From Heptranchias perlo (taxonomy: Eukaryota), in NCBI RefSeq assembly GCF_035084215.1, contig NC_090368.1, positions 1,054,001 to 1,118,000 of the forward strand: DNA of 64,000 nucleotides, read 5' to 3'. This document shows positions 48,536-61,100 of the stretch, one piece after another. The notes below the pieces were generated by a model. It saw only the letters and a list, made by a program, of their open reading frames with translations, did no database searches and was not told the DNA's origin. Made by a program: the position numbers and the translations under genes. The stretch's first letter is position 1. Each line of letters begins with the position of its first letter.

Positions 48536-49322
48536 ATCTTATTTTGGATGATGCAGCAATCACCCGGGGCTGATAATGTATCAGACCCAAAAGGTGTTGC
48601 TGCAGCCCGTGAGTTCTGTACAAAGATGTTGGGTCCTCAGCAAAAAGCGCACCATGGAATGTGTTGTGTAAACATGATCTGACCAGCCACAGAATCAGGG
48701 CCCTGCGGCATCACTGCACCCCTCCCACCCCAATGGGGGGCAAGCAGACTCTGGGGAAACCTCCTTTCACCCCATGGTTGAATTGCCCGTCCCCACTCTT
48801 CCCGTGTCTCCTGTTGTGGGATTGTTAGTAAATGAGTGTGCGTGCTGTCTGTTAACAAACTGCCCTTTGCCGTGTAGATTCCACTGTTGCTAAAACACAG
48901 AAGGGTGGAATTGGGGGGAAGAGATACTTAATGTGTAATTAAAAAGATACTTGTTTAAAAATATTTTTAACCAATCATGCTCTTGTAAGTTGATTGTGAA
49001 AGATTACAGCTGTATTTTCTAACTTCCTCTATTTTGATAGTCACCAGTGGTATTTTAATATTTGACTTATAGAACAAATGTAAACTTTAGGCTGCTCACT
49101 CCAATACAGTACTTGACTGCCTGACTCGTAGATTGTAACATCTAAGCATTTAATAGTGTGCTGTACATTTAACCTGCTCCACACATCCCACTGGTCTTAC
49201 CAGAGGCTGGGATCTGAGACTTATACAGCACCTTCACCAGCATTTAACTAAGCTCCCTTCAGTCAGAGATTGTGGGGGAGAAATAGGGAATGGACTCCTA
49301 TCAGTGAAAGATTGTTGGAGAT

Positions 49323-49962
49323 GTCAGTCGGGGTTCCTGCTCCTGATCACTGTCCCGGGATAGGGAGGGGAGTGTCAGCCGGGGTTCCTGCTCCTGATCA
49401 CTGTCCCGGGATAGGGAGGGGAGTGTCAGCCGGGGTTCCTGCTCCTGATCACTGTCCCGGGATAGGGAGGGGAATGTCAGCCGGGGTTCCTGCTCCTGGT
49501 CCCCGTCCCGGGATAGGGAGGGGAATATCAGCCAGGGTTCCTGCTCCTGGTCCCCGTCCCGGGATAGGGAGGGGAGCGTCAGCCAGGGTTCCTGGTCCCC
49601 GTCCCGGGATAGGGAGGGGAGTGTCAGCCGGGGTTCCTGCTCCTGATCACTGTCCCGGGATAGGGAGGGGAATATCAGCCAGGGTTCCTGCTCCTGATCA
49701 CTGTCCCGGGATAGGGAGGGGAGTGTCAGCCGGGGTTCCTGCTCCTGATCACTGTCCCGGGATAGGGAGGGGAGTGTCAGCTGGGGTTCCTGCTCCTGAT
49801 CACTGTCCCGGGATAGGGAGGGGAGTGTCAGCCGGGGTTCCTGCTCCTGATCACTGTCCCGGGATAGGGAGGGGAGTGTCAGCCGGGGTTCCTGCTCCTG
49901 ATCACTGTCCCGGGATAGGGAGGGGAGTGTCAGCCAGGGTTCCTGCTCCTGGTCCCCGTCCA
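49323..49962. repeat. Minisatellite, 51-bp unit (GTCAGCCGGGGTTCCTGCTCCTGATCACTGTCCCGGGATAGGGAGGGGAGT), ~12 copies
   Basis: Tandem copies; explains ORF 49270-49983. Confidence 0.96.
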
Positions 49963-50418
49963 GTGACCCAGTCCTGGAAATAGGAATGCTGAGTCGGGAC
50001 AGGATCAGACCCTGTGATGCCGCTTGTGGTTCAATAACCTGCTGACACTAGACTAGCCAGACGGGTGAGGTACTGGAGAGTAGCTGATTCCCATTGAATC
50101 TGGACTCCAGTAACGAGCCAAGAGGATGGGGAATAACTGCTGAGAAAAGGTGGGGGAGATTGCAATAAACATGCTCAGTGTGGGGGCAAAGGTGAGAGAA
50201 AGTGAATGCACAGTTTCACTCCCCGACTGACCCTGCTCCCAGGACTGACCAGTGAAAATTATGTGTATAAATAATATTTAAAACAAAGTTTTAAGCTTTA
50301 TATTTGCCAATTTCCCAGTACGATTGTAATGCAGATGTGTTTCTGCTGCTTTTAGTGATGGTCTCATAGACACTTTTTGTATAAATGTAACACTATTTTG
50401 CGTTGTTTTTAGGGATGA

Positions 50419-50424
50419 AATAAA
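50419..50424 (+). terminator. Candidate distal SLC39A1 polyadenylation signal AATAAA (proximal candidates 46959-46964 and 47507-47512)
   Basis: AATAAA preceded by several TGTA elements in AT-rich 3'-UTR-like sequence. Confidence 0.5.
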
Positions 50425-51589
50425 AATGTTTAGACGCCTTGTGTGACTTCAGTCTTAAACCACCCATTCAATGTAACTCAAGACTGGGTTTAGAGGAACT
50501 GCATCAGTCATGAAATGAGATCCAGAAATCATTGAACTATTTCATGGGGCTTTTTACATGAAATAGAAGTTTTTAAAAAATCTATCAGCTTTTAACTTCT
50601 GAGACTCTCCCTCACTCACTCACTCGATAAATGTTCAGTCTGCCCACTGAAGACCAGTCTCCTGTGATAACGCGTGTTACATTTTCAGTAATCTGGCGTA
50701 TGGTGGCAGGAGGGTTTTCTGGCTGACCCCTGAAAATTAGTCAGGTAGAAAGACACTCCAGTTCATAGGGCACACAAGACTTGCTCACAGGAGTGGTCGG
50801 TGAATATTTAGCGTAAAGTCGCAAAAACTAACCAGAACAGCCTGGGTGAAAGTGAGTAAAGAGTAGGCAACGGTGTAGAGTCTTGATTTCAACAAGGCGA
50901 GGATGCAGGGAGGGTGAAGAGTATAGGATGGTGGGGGGAGTCAGGAGGGACAAGAGAGGAGAGATCAGAGGGGCACTGACTATCTTATTGATTAATTTCA
51001 ACTTTCTGTTGTAGAGGGAGGTTGGAGGCTGGTGATTGGTGAGATGGTTCACAGGTTTTATGCTTTTGTTTGTATCTTCGAATTACAAGAAGCCAGCTCT
51101 GTGTCCTTGGGCTAGAATGATAAAAACCCCACTGTACTGAGACTGTAGAAAATGATTGTGCTGGGGACCACGTAGACTGGTCTCTCACACTGCTTCCATC
51201 CTATGAGGTTCGGATTTGTCCAAAGGAGCCGATCTGAGTCATTGGCCTGTTCCAGAAGCTCATGGATCCGCCGTGCGTTTTAAAATTTGTGTGTTCTTTT
51301 GCTTCTATTGACCAGTTCTCATTTCTGAATGTAGACTGCATTCCATCTGATCTATATGTTTGCTGAAATGGGCTCAATTTCAGAATGAAATTAAGACCGT
51401 TTGGTCCACAAATGAAGTGTTTCTACAGAGAGCGAGAAGCAAATCTTCCATTCTTGCTGGCGGTTTGAACAATTTATAAATTCTCTGATCATTTGTGCAT
51501 TAAGTTGATAAATCCCACCCATTGGAACATCAGGAATTGATGCTTGTTCACTATCAACAAACATACTTTCTGCCCTCCCCAGCTCCTTC

Positions 51590-51731
51590 AGTGCCAGCTG
51601 TGCCTCACTGGGCAGTTCTCTCACCTCAGAGTCAGAAGGTTGTGGGTACGAGCCCCACTGCGGAGACTTGAGCACAAAATCTAGGCTGACGCTCCCAGTG
51701 CAGTACTGAGGGAGCGCTGCACTGTCGGAGG
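51590..51731 (+). mobile_element. 5' part of a Deu-domain SINE (tRNA-like head plus one 33-bp unit)
   Basis: ..TCAGAAGGTTGTGGGTACGAGCCCCACT..GAGACTTGAGCACAAAATCTAGGCTGACGCTCCCAGTGCAGTACTGAGGGAGCGCTGCACTGTCGGAGG. Confidence 0.78.
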
Positions 51732-53184
51732 CTCAACTAGCCTGTCCCTTTTTGATAGATCTACCCACCTTCTCCCCATATTCCTTAATCCCACCTCTCC
51801 ACTGCCTCACCATCTGTCTCCACCCCACCTTTTCCCCGTATCCCTCAATCCCTTCTCTCTCCAGAAACACACCTAATTGCTTCTTCATCCCATTTACAAA
51901 ACCCGCTCCACTCCCCTTCCCTGTTAACTTTTTCCCTCCTGTAACTTGACGACCCTTTGGGTGAAAAAGTCCCCCAAACTTCCTTTTTTACTCCAAACTT
52001 CCCCACGTTTTAAGTTGTGTCCCTGAGATTTGAACCCTTCACCACAGGGAACAGGTTCCTTGGATCATTTCTGAGTTTACCCAATGGGTCACTGGGTTTA
52101 TTCTGATAGCTGAACCATTCAAACTGGACAGGTCCCAGGTCCAGCCCTTGATCTGTGTGGAGTTAGCTGATCTCAGTAGGAACAGTAGCATCGGCCTCAG
52201 TGATCCTGTTAGTGAGAGAAGGAAAAAACAGTCAGGGTTTCTGCTCCTGATCACTGTCCAGAACTGTAGTCAGTCGGCAGGTGGGGAGTCGTGACCTCAA
52301 ATGACCAGAAATGATCCAAGGAACCTGTGGTGAAGGGTTCAAATCTCAGGGACACAACTTAAAACGTGGGGAATTGGGGAAAACTCACCAGTGGCTGGAG
52401 TCATACCTAGCACAAAGGAAGATGGTAGTGGTTGTTGGAGGCCAATCATCTCAGCCCCAGGGCATTGCTGCAGGAGTTCCTCAGGGCAGTGTCCTAGGCC
52501 CAACCATCTTCAACTGCTTCATCAATGACCTTCCCTCCATCATAAGGTCAGAAATGGGGTTGTTCGCTGATGACTGCACAGTGCTCAGTTCCATTCGCAA
52601 CCCCTCAGATAATGAAGCAGTCCGAGCCTGCATGCAGCAAAACCTGGACAACATCCAGGCTTGGGCTCAAAAGTGGCAAGTAACATTCGCGCCAGACAAG
52701 TGCCAGGCAATGACCATCTCCAACAAGAGAGAGTCTAACCACCTCCCCTTGACATTCAACGGCATTACCATCGCCGAATCCCCCACCATCAACATCCTGG
52801 GGGTCATCATTGACCAGAAACTTAACTGGACCAGCCATATAAATACTGTGGCTACGAGAGCAGGTCAGAGGCTGGGTATTCTGCGGCGAGTGACTCACCT
52901 CCTGACTCCCCAAAGCCTTTCCACCATCTACAAGGCACAAGTCAGGAGTGATGGAATACTCTCCACTTGCCTGGATGAGTGCAGCTCCAACAACACTCAA
53001 GAAGCTCGACACCATCCAAGATAAAGCAGCCCGCTTGATTGGCACCCCATCCACCACCCTAAACATTCACTCCCTTCACCACCGGCGCACTGTGGCTGCA
53101 GTGTGCACCATCCACAGGATGCACTGCAGCAACTCGCCACGGCTCCTTCGACAGCACCTCCCAAACCCGCGACCTCTACCACCT

Positions 53185-53582
53185 CAACCGGGATCTTGGG
53201 TTCATGTCACGCTACACGTTACCCCACCAGCGAACAAATGTTATCTGTTTTTAATATAATGGGTCATTTGCTGGCTCTCTCTGCCTTCCGGATGTTTCTG
53301 CCTCTCTCTGTTTTTTTTTCTCTTTTTTTTCCCTGTTTGTTTTTTTGTTGAATGTGTATTCGGGGGTTCTGCAGATGACACCTCTCTGTCTGAACACGGT
53401 GATTGCCTTGGCAACGGGCAGTTGCAGGGGCAGTCTGTAAACACCATGTATTATTCAATATGTATAAATGCGTAGGCTTCAAGGAGATCCTGAACATTTA
53501 CCTGAGGAAGGAGAGAATCTCCGAAAGCTTGTGAATTTAAAATAAAATTGCTGGACTATAACTTGGTGTTGTAAAATTGTTT
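53185..53582 (+). mobile_element. Penelope-like terminal-repeat fragment nested in the LINE
   Basis: The LINE breaks at ..CTACCACCT and resumes at AGAAGGACAAG. The insert ends with a hammerhead motif, AATAAA, then ..GGACTATAACTTGGTGTTGT. Confidence 0.65.
53496..53536 (+). ncRNA. Minimal type-I hammerhead ribozyme motif
   Basis: Stem I ATTTAC/GTGAAT (one G-U pair), core CTGAGGA, stem II GGAGA-GAA-TCTCC, GAA, then palindromic AGCT stem III followed by T. Confidence 0.6.
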
Positions 53583-54489
53583 AGAAGGACAAGAGCAGCA
53601 GGCGCATGGGAACAACACCACCTGCACGTTCCCCTCCAAGTCACACACCATCCCGACTTGGAAATATATCGCTGTTCCTTCATTGTCGCTGAGTCAAAAT
53701 CCTGGAACTCCCTTCCTAACAGCACTGTGGGAGAACCGTCACCACACGGACTGCAGCGGTTCAAGAAGGCGGCTCACCACCACCTTCTCAAGGGCAATTA
53801 GGGATGGGCAATAAATGCCAGCCTTGCCAGCGACGCCCACATCCCGTGAACGAATTTTAAAAAATCAATTCTCCAATGCTGACCCCCCCCCCTCCCCCCA
53901 TTCCATCCTAAATTTCTATTAACAGGGAGCACCTGGACATGCACAGGAAGAAAAATAGGAACAGGAGTAGGCCATTCAGCCCCTCGAGCCTGTTCTACCA
54001 GATCTTGATATGTGAAATCATCTAAGTAACCCAACCAACATTGATCAGACGGGAATGTCCCCGGAATCACCCAGCTCACAAGCAAGATTCCCAGTAGGAA
54101 AAGACCGAGAGAGTCCACTGAGAGGAGCGTTTTTCCCTTTGGCCCGGGGAACGCTCCGAGAATCACCATTGAGCGGCACAAAGCTCACGCCCTCCAGAAG
54201 TCCTTTGTATCGAGGTGTGACTTGTCGCAGTTCACTGAAGGATATAGAGCATCAAATGCATCCAACACAATGCAACCAGAAAATAATAGCAGAAAGTATC
54301 CTTTTGCCAGCATGCCTTACAAACTGCTAAACACGACGGATAGTAAAATCCAAGCTAGGGATTTTTTAAAAAGCAGACACTTCTCACTTTAAGTAGATTC
54401 ATGTATTGTCCATTACAGATACCAATAAGTAAGAAATCTTAAATTTCACCTGCAAACAAACCCAACAATATTATATGTTAGCAGTTTAC

Positions 54490-55268
54490 CAGGAGGACGT
54501 TTTGAAGTGTGTTCAGGAGAACTTTCTCGACCAGTACGTTTCCGGCCCAATGAGGAAGGAGGCATTGCTGGACTTGGTTCTAGGGAATGAGGTGGACCAA
54601 GTGGAGCAAGTGTCAGTGGGGGAACATTTAGGGAACAGTGATCATAGTATCATAAGGTTTAGAATAGCTATGGAAAAGGACAAGGACCACTCTCAAGTAA
54701 AAATACTTAATTGGAGGAGGGCCAATTTCAGTGGGATGAGAACAGATCTGGCCCGGGTAAATTGGAATCAAAGATTGGCAGGCAAAACTGTAATTGAACA
54801 GTGGGCGGCCTTTAAAGAAGACATGGTTCGGGTACAGTCTAGGTATATTCCCACGAGGGAGAAAGGTAGGGCAACCAAAGCCAGAGCTCCCTGGATGACA
54901 AAAGAGATAGAGAGTAAGATGAAGCAGAAAAAAGGGGCATATGACAGATGTCAGGTTGATAATACAAGTGAGAACCAGGCAGAATATAGAAAGTTCAGAG
55001 GGGAGGCGAAAAAGGAAATAAGAGGGGCAAAGAAAGAGTATGAGAATAGACTGGCGGCCAACATAAAAGGGAATCCAAAAGTGGTCTACAGGCATGCAAA
55101 CAGTAAACGGGTAGTAAGAGGAGGGGTGGGGACTGATTAGGGTCCAAAAAGGAGATCTACTCATGAAGGCAGAGGGGATGGCCAAGGTACTAAATGAGTG
55201 CTTTGCATCTGTCTTTACCAAGGAAGGAGATGCTGCCAAAATCACTGTAAGTGAAGAGGTAGTTGAGA
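54490..55268 (+). mobile_element. CR1 LINE ORF2 internal fragment (end of the APE endonuclease plus linker)
   Basis: FLDQYV..P.R.EALLDLVLGNE...HLGNSDHSII, PWMTKEI and NPK..Y motifs, followed by LNECFASVFT. Confidence 0.9.
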
Positions 55269-55659
55269 TGGGGGGTGGTGGGACTAGCTGGATTGCTCTT
55301 GCAGAGAGCTGGCCTCCTTCAGTGCAGTAACCTTTCTATGATTCTATGGTTTCATATGTGGTAAGTAACAATCCTGATTTGGAGTGTAGTTCTGGCTTGC
55401 CCTTCCCGCTCTAGTTAGTCTTTATTATTAATCCATTGCTTGGCACAGGCTATTAATCTCAACAGATTGAACATTCACAAATTACTATATTCTGCCAACA
55501 GTTGGAACGCTTTCTCAGGTCATACGCTAGGGAAATACATGCTGCATTAATGATAATAGCAAAGCAATCAATACTTTAAATTGCTTCGTAAAGCATTTGG
55601 GAGCAGTTGGAGTTTTTCTGTCCCTTCCCCTCCTGGGGCGATCAACGTGCAAGTTGGAT

Positions 55660-56020
55660 CAAGGTGAACTACAGTACCCAGAACGCCCCGGGGCGGGGGT
55701 CACCCCGCCCCCTCCCCTGGTCGGCGCGGGGCCTTCTGGGAGCTGTAGTGCGGCTCCCGGCGGCGGCGGGTCAGCCCCCCCCTCCCCTGGTTATCCTGGC
55801 GCATTCTGGGAGTTGTAGTTCACCTCGCGTGAGGGCGAGGGGGGGCGGGACGCCGCCGAAGACTACAATTCCCGGAGGGCCCTGCGACGCGGGCGGGCAG
55901 GTTTTTTTTTCCCACCCCCCCCCCCCCCGCCGCCCTGTTGTTTTGACGTGTTTAATTATTTTGGTTTGAACTTCGCCTCCCCGCCCGCCCCGTTTCCGTG
56001 AAGGGGAAAAAAAACGCCAT
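55660..56020 (+). promoter_or_regulatory. CRTC2 CpG-island promoter with four ACTACA..CCCAG (ZNF143/THAP11) motifs and GC boxes
   Basis: Motifs at 55668 (+), 55734-55749 (-), 55801-55819 (-) and 55862 (+). Confidence 0.8.
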
Positions 56021-56024
56021 CAAC

Positions 56025-56141
56025 ATGGCGGCCAACAACAACCCGCGGAAATTCAGCGAGAAGATCGCGCTCCACAACCAGAAACAGGCGGAGGAGACGG
56101 CGGCCTTCGAGGAGGTGATGATGCAGCTCAACAACTCGCGG
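56025..56141 (+). CDS. CRTC2: CRTC (TORC) exon 1, CREB-binding domain ([39 protein letters not shown]); called CRTC2 by synteny
   Basis: [11 protein letters not shown]...[12 protein letters not shown] is the TORC_N motif. aacATGG Kozak context, CGG|gtaagc donor. Lies next to SLC39A1 as CRTC2 does in mammals. Confidence 0.9.
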
Positions 56142-56539
56142 GTAAGCGGCTGAGGGAAAGCCCGGGGCCCGAGCCGTCAGCCGGGGTTGCGGAATTGAGG
56201 GGGGTGGGAACCCCGCGGCCTAGCGCGCAGGCTCCAGGCCGGTCTGTCATTCCCACGGCGGCCGGCTGCCGTCCTCCCCGGAGCTTCGGGACGGCTCCGA
56301 AAGGGCCGGGGGAGAATGTGCTTCAGGGAAAGTTGGTGCGGCCCGCAGACCCCGGGCTGTCCGGCAGTCGGTGCCCTGCGGGACACCCAAGTGCACGACC
56401 CCAGCTCCATCACTCCCACCCTCGGACTCCCCACCGACCCTCACAGGCCTCCCCTGTGGGCCCCATCTGTCAGCCTGGCCAGTGTACAGTCACCGGGCAA
56501 AGGGCCAAACAGCCGCTGGTCTCCAGTCCAAGAGTACCG

Positions 56540-58056
56540 GTCTGTCACTGTATAACACTGGGGTACAGTACTGGTGGGTACAGGTCTGTCCCTGTATAAC
56601 ACTGGGGTACAGTACTGGTGGGTACAGGTCTGTCACTGTATAACACTGGGGTACAGTACTGGTGGGTACAGGTCTGTCCCTGTATAACACTGGGGTACAG
56701 TACTGGTGGGTACAGGTCTGTCACTGTATAACACTGGGGTACAGTACTGGTGGGTACAGGTCTGTCACTGTATAACACTGGGGTACAGTACTGGTGGGTA
56801 CAGGTCTGTCACTGTATAACACTGGGGTACAGTACTGGTGGGTACAGGTCTGTCACTGTATAACACTGGGGTACAGTACTGGTGGGTACAGGTCTGTCCC
56901 TGTATAACACTGGGGTACAGTACTGGTGGGTACAGGTCTGTCCCTGTATAACCCTGGGGTACAGTACTGGTGGGTACAGGTCTGTCCCTGTATAACACTG
57001 GGGTACAGTACTGGTGGGTACAGGTCTGTCACTGTATAACACTGGGGTACAGTACTGGTGGGTACAGGTCTGTCCCTGTATAACACTGGGGTACAGTACT
57101 GGTGGGTACAGGTCTGTCCCTGTATAACCCTGGGGTACAGTACTGGTGGGTACAGGTTGGTCCCTGTATAACCCTGGGGTACAGTATTGGTGGGTACAGG
57201 TCTGTCACTGTATAACACTGGGGTACAGTACTGGTGGGTACAGGTCTGTCCCTGTATAACACTGGGGTACAGTACTGGTGGGTACAGGTCTGTCACTGTA
57301 TAACACTGGGGTACAGTACTGGTGGGTACAGGTCTGTCCCTGTATAACACTGGGGTACAGTACTGGTGGGTACAGGTCTGTCACTGTATAACACTGGGGT
57401 ACAGTACTGGGGGGTACAGGTCTGTCCCTGTATAACACTGGGGTACAGTACTGGGGGGTACAGGTCTGTCCCTGTATAACACTGGGGTACAGTACTGGTG
57501 GGTACAGGTCTGTCCCTGTATAACACTGGGGTACAGTACTGGTGGGTACAGGTCTGTCCCTGTATAACACTGGGGTACAGTACTGGGGGGTACAGGTCTG
57601 TCCCTGTATAACACTGGGGTACAGTACTGGTGGGTACAGGTCTGTCCCTGTATAACACTGGGGTACAGTACTGGTGGGTACAGGTCTGTCACTGTATAAC
57701 ACTGGGGTACAGTACTGGTGGGTACAGGTCTGTCCCTGTATAACACTGGGGTACAGTACTGGTGGGTACAGGTCTGTCCCTGTATAACACTGGGGTACAG
57801 TACTGGTGGGTACAGGTCTGTCCCTGTATAACACTGGGGTACAGTACTGGTGGGTACAGGTCTGTCACTGTATAACACTGGGGTACAGTACTGGTGGGTA
57901 CAGGTCTGTCCCTGTATAACACTGGGGTACAGTACTGGTGGGTACAGGTCTGTCACTGTATAACTGGGGTACAGTACTGGTGGGTACAGGTCTGTCCCTG
58001 TATAACACTGGGGTACAGTACTGGTGGGTACAGGTCTGTCACTGTATAACACTGGG
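56540..58056. repeat. Minisatellite, 44-bp unit (TGTATAACACTGGGGTACAGTACTGGTGGGTACAGGTCTGTCAC), ~34 copies
   Basis: Tandem copies in CRTC2 intron 1. Confidence 0.98.
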
Positions 58057-58172
58057 ATATGGACACGGATCGATCGTGATGGAAATAGGAATAAATAAGC
58101 CCCACATTATTCCCACAGATACCGAATTCCTATATTTTGAGTAATGGGTTGAAAGGAATAAAAGGTAAAACA

Positions 58173-61100
58173 GGTGCTGTGTGACCCGATCCTCGGTCGG
58201 TGCTGTGTGACCCGATCCTCGGTCGGTGCTGTGTGACCCGATCCTCGGCCCGTGCTGTGTGACCCGATCCTCGGCCCGTGCTGTGTGACCCGATCCTCGG
58301 TCGGTGCTGTGTGACCCGATCCTCGGTCGGTGCTGTGTGTCCCGATCCTCGGCCGGTGCTGTGTGACCCGATCCTCGGTCGGTGCTGTGTGACCCGATCC
58401 TCGGTCGGTGCTGTGTGACCCGATCCTCGGTCGGTGCTGTGTGACCCGATCCTCGGTCGGTGCTGTGTGACCCGATCCTCGGTCGGTGCTGTGTGACCCG
58501 ATCCTCGGTCGGTGCTGTGTGACCCGATCCTCGGTCGGTGCTGTGTGACCCGATCCTCGGCCCGTGCTGTGTGACCCGATCCTCGGTCGGTGCTGTGTGA
58601 CCCGATCCTCGGTCGGTGCTGTGTGACCCGATCCTCGGTCGGTGCTGTGTGACCCGATCCTCGGTCGGTGCTGTGTGACCCGATCCTCGGTCGGTGCTGT
58701 GTGACCCGATCCTCGGTCGGTGCTGTGTGACCCGATCCTCGGCCGGTGCTGTGTGACCCGATCCTTGGTCGGTGCTGTGTGACCCGATCCTCGGTCGGTG
58801 CTGTGTGACCCGATCCTCGGCCCGTGCTGTGTGACCCGATCCTCGGCCCGTGCTGTGTGTCCCGATCCTCGGTCGGTGCTGTGTGACCCGATCCTCGGTC
58901 GGTGCTGTGTGACCCGATCCTCGGTCGGTGCTGTGTGACCCGATCCTCGGTCGGTGCTGTGTGACCCGATCCTCGGTCGGTGCTGTGTGACCCGATCCTC
59001 GGTCGGTGCTGTGTGACCCGATCCTCGGTCGGTGCTGTGTGACCCGATCCTCGGTCGGTGCTGTGTGACCCGATCCTCGGTCGGTGCTGTGTGACCCGAT
59101 CCTCGGTCGGTGCTGTGTGACCCGATCCTCGGTCGGTGCTGTGTGACCCGATCCTCGGTCGGTGCTGTGTGACCCGATCCTCGGTCGGTGCTGTGTGACC
59201 CGATCCTCGGTCGGTGCTGTGTGACCCGATCCTCGGTCGGTGCTGTGTGACCCGATCCTCGGTCGGTGCTGTGTGACCCGATCCTCGGCCCGTGCTGTGT
59301 GTCCCGATCCTCGGTCGGTGCTGTGTGACCCGATCCTCGGTCGGTGCTGTGTGACCCGATCCTCGGTCGGTGCTGTGTGACCCGATCCTCGGTCGGTGCT
59401 GTGTGACCCGATCCTCGGCCCGTGCTGTGTGACCCGATCCTCGGCCCGTGCTGTGTGACCCGATCCTCGGTCGGTGCTGTGTGACCCGATCCTCGGCCCG
59501 TGCTGTGTGACCCGATCCTCGGCCCGTGCTGTGTGACCCGATCCTCGGTCGGTGCTGTGTGACCCGAGCCTCGGCCGGTGCTGTGTGACCCGATCCTCGG
59601 CCCGTGCTGTGTGACCCGATCCTCGGCCCGTGCTGTGTGACCCGATCCTCGGCCGGTGCTGTGTGACCCGATCCTCGGTCGGTGCTGTGTGTCCCGATCC
59701 TCGGTCGGTGCTGTGTGTCCCGATCCTCGGTCGGTGCTGTGTGACCCGATCCTCGGTCGGTGCTGTGTGACCCGATCCTCGGTCGGTGCTGTGTGACCCG
59801 ATCCTCGGTCGGTGCTGTGTGACCCGATCCTCGGTCGGTGCTGTGTGTCCCGATCCTCGGTCGGTGCTGTGTGACCCGATCCTCGGCCGGTGCTGTGTGA
59901 CCCGATCCTCGGCCGGTGCTGTGTGACCCGATCCTCGGCCGGTGCTGTGTGACCCGATCCTCGGTCGGTGCTGTGTGACCCGATCCTCGGCCGGTGCTGT
60001 GTGACCCGATCCTCGGCCGGTGCTGTGTGACCCGATCCTCGGCCCGTGCTGTGTGACCCGATCCTCGGTCGGTGCTGTGTGTCCCGATCCTCGGTCGGTG
60101 CTGTGTGACCCGATCCTCGGTCGGTGCTGTGTGACCCGATCCTCGGTCGGTGCTGTGTGTCCCGATCCTCGGTCGGTGCTGTGTGACCCGATCCTCGGTC
60201 GGTGCTGTGTGACCCGATCCTCGGCCCGTGCTGTGTGACCCGATCCTCGGTCGGTGCTGTGTGTCCCGATCCTCGGCCGGTGCTGTGTGACCCGATCCTC
60301 GGCCGGTGCTGTGTGACCCGATCCTCGGTCGGTGCTGTGTGACCCGATCCTCGGTCGGTGCTGTGTGACCCGATCCTCGGTCGGTGCTGTGTGACCCGAT
60401 CCTCGGTCGGTGCTGTGTGACCCGATCCTCGGTCGGTGCTGTGTGACCCGATCCTCGGTCGGTGCTGTGTGACCCGATCCTCGGCCGGTGCTGTGTGACC
60501 CGATCCTCGGCCCGTGCTGTGTGACCCGATCCTCGGTCGGTGCTGTGTGTCCCGATCCTCGGTCGGTGCTGTGTGACCCGATCCTCGGTCGGTGCTGTGT
60601 GACCCGATCCTCGGTCGGTGCTGTGTGACCCGATCCTCGGCCCGTGCTGTGTGACCCGATCCTCGGCCGGTGCTGTGTGACCCGATCCTCGGTCGGTGCT
60701 GTGTGACCCGATCCTCGGTCGGTGCTGTGTGACCCGATCCTCGGTCGGTGCTGTGTGTCCCGATCCTCGGTCGGTGCTGTGTGACCCGATCCTCGGTCGG
60801 TGCTGTGTGTCCCGATCCTCGGTCGGTGCTGTGTGACCCGATCCTCGGTCGGTGCTGTGTGACCCGATCCTCGGCCCGTGCTGTGTGACCCGATCCTCGG
60901 CCCGTGCTGTGTGACCCGATCCTCGGCCGGTGCTGTGTGACCCGATCCTCGGTCGGTGCTGTGTGACCCGATCCTCGGTCGGTGCTGTGTGACCCGATCC
61001 TCGGTCGGTGCTGTGTGACCCGATCCTCGGTCGGTGCTGTGTGACCCGATCCTCGGTCGGTGCTGTGTGACCCGATCCTCGGTCGGTGCTGTGTGACCCG

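Larger units (their letters stand above)
52376..53835 (+). mobile_element. 5'-truncated CR1-like LINE reverse-transcriptase fragment with a frameshift near 52948, interrupted by an insert at 53185-53582
   Basis: GVPQGSVLGP.IFN.FINDL, LFADD and SWNSLP motifs; 3' end GGGCAATAAATGCCAGCCTTGCCAGCGACGCCCACATCCC. Confidence 0.92.

Noticed and set aside
52311-55245. RT- and endonuclease-like ORFs as host genes or a novel RT system
   Set aside because: Truncated, frameshifted fragments of two ordinary CR1-type LINEs.
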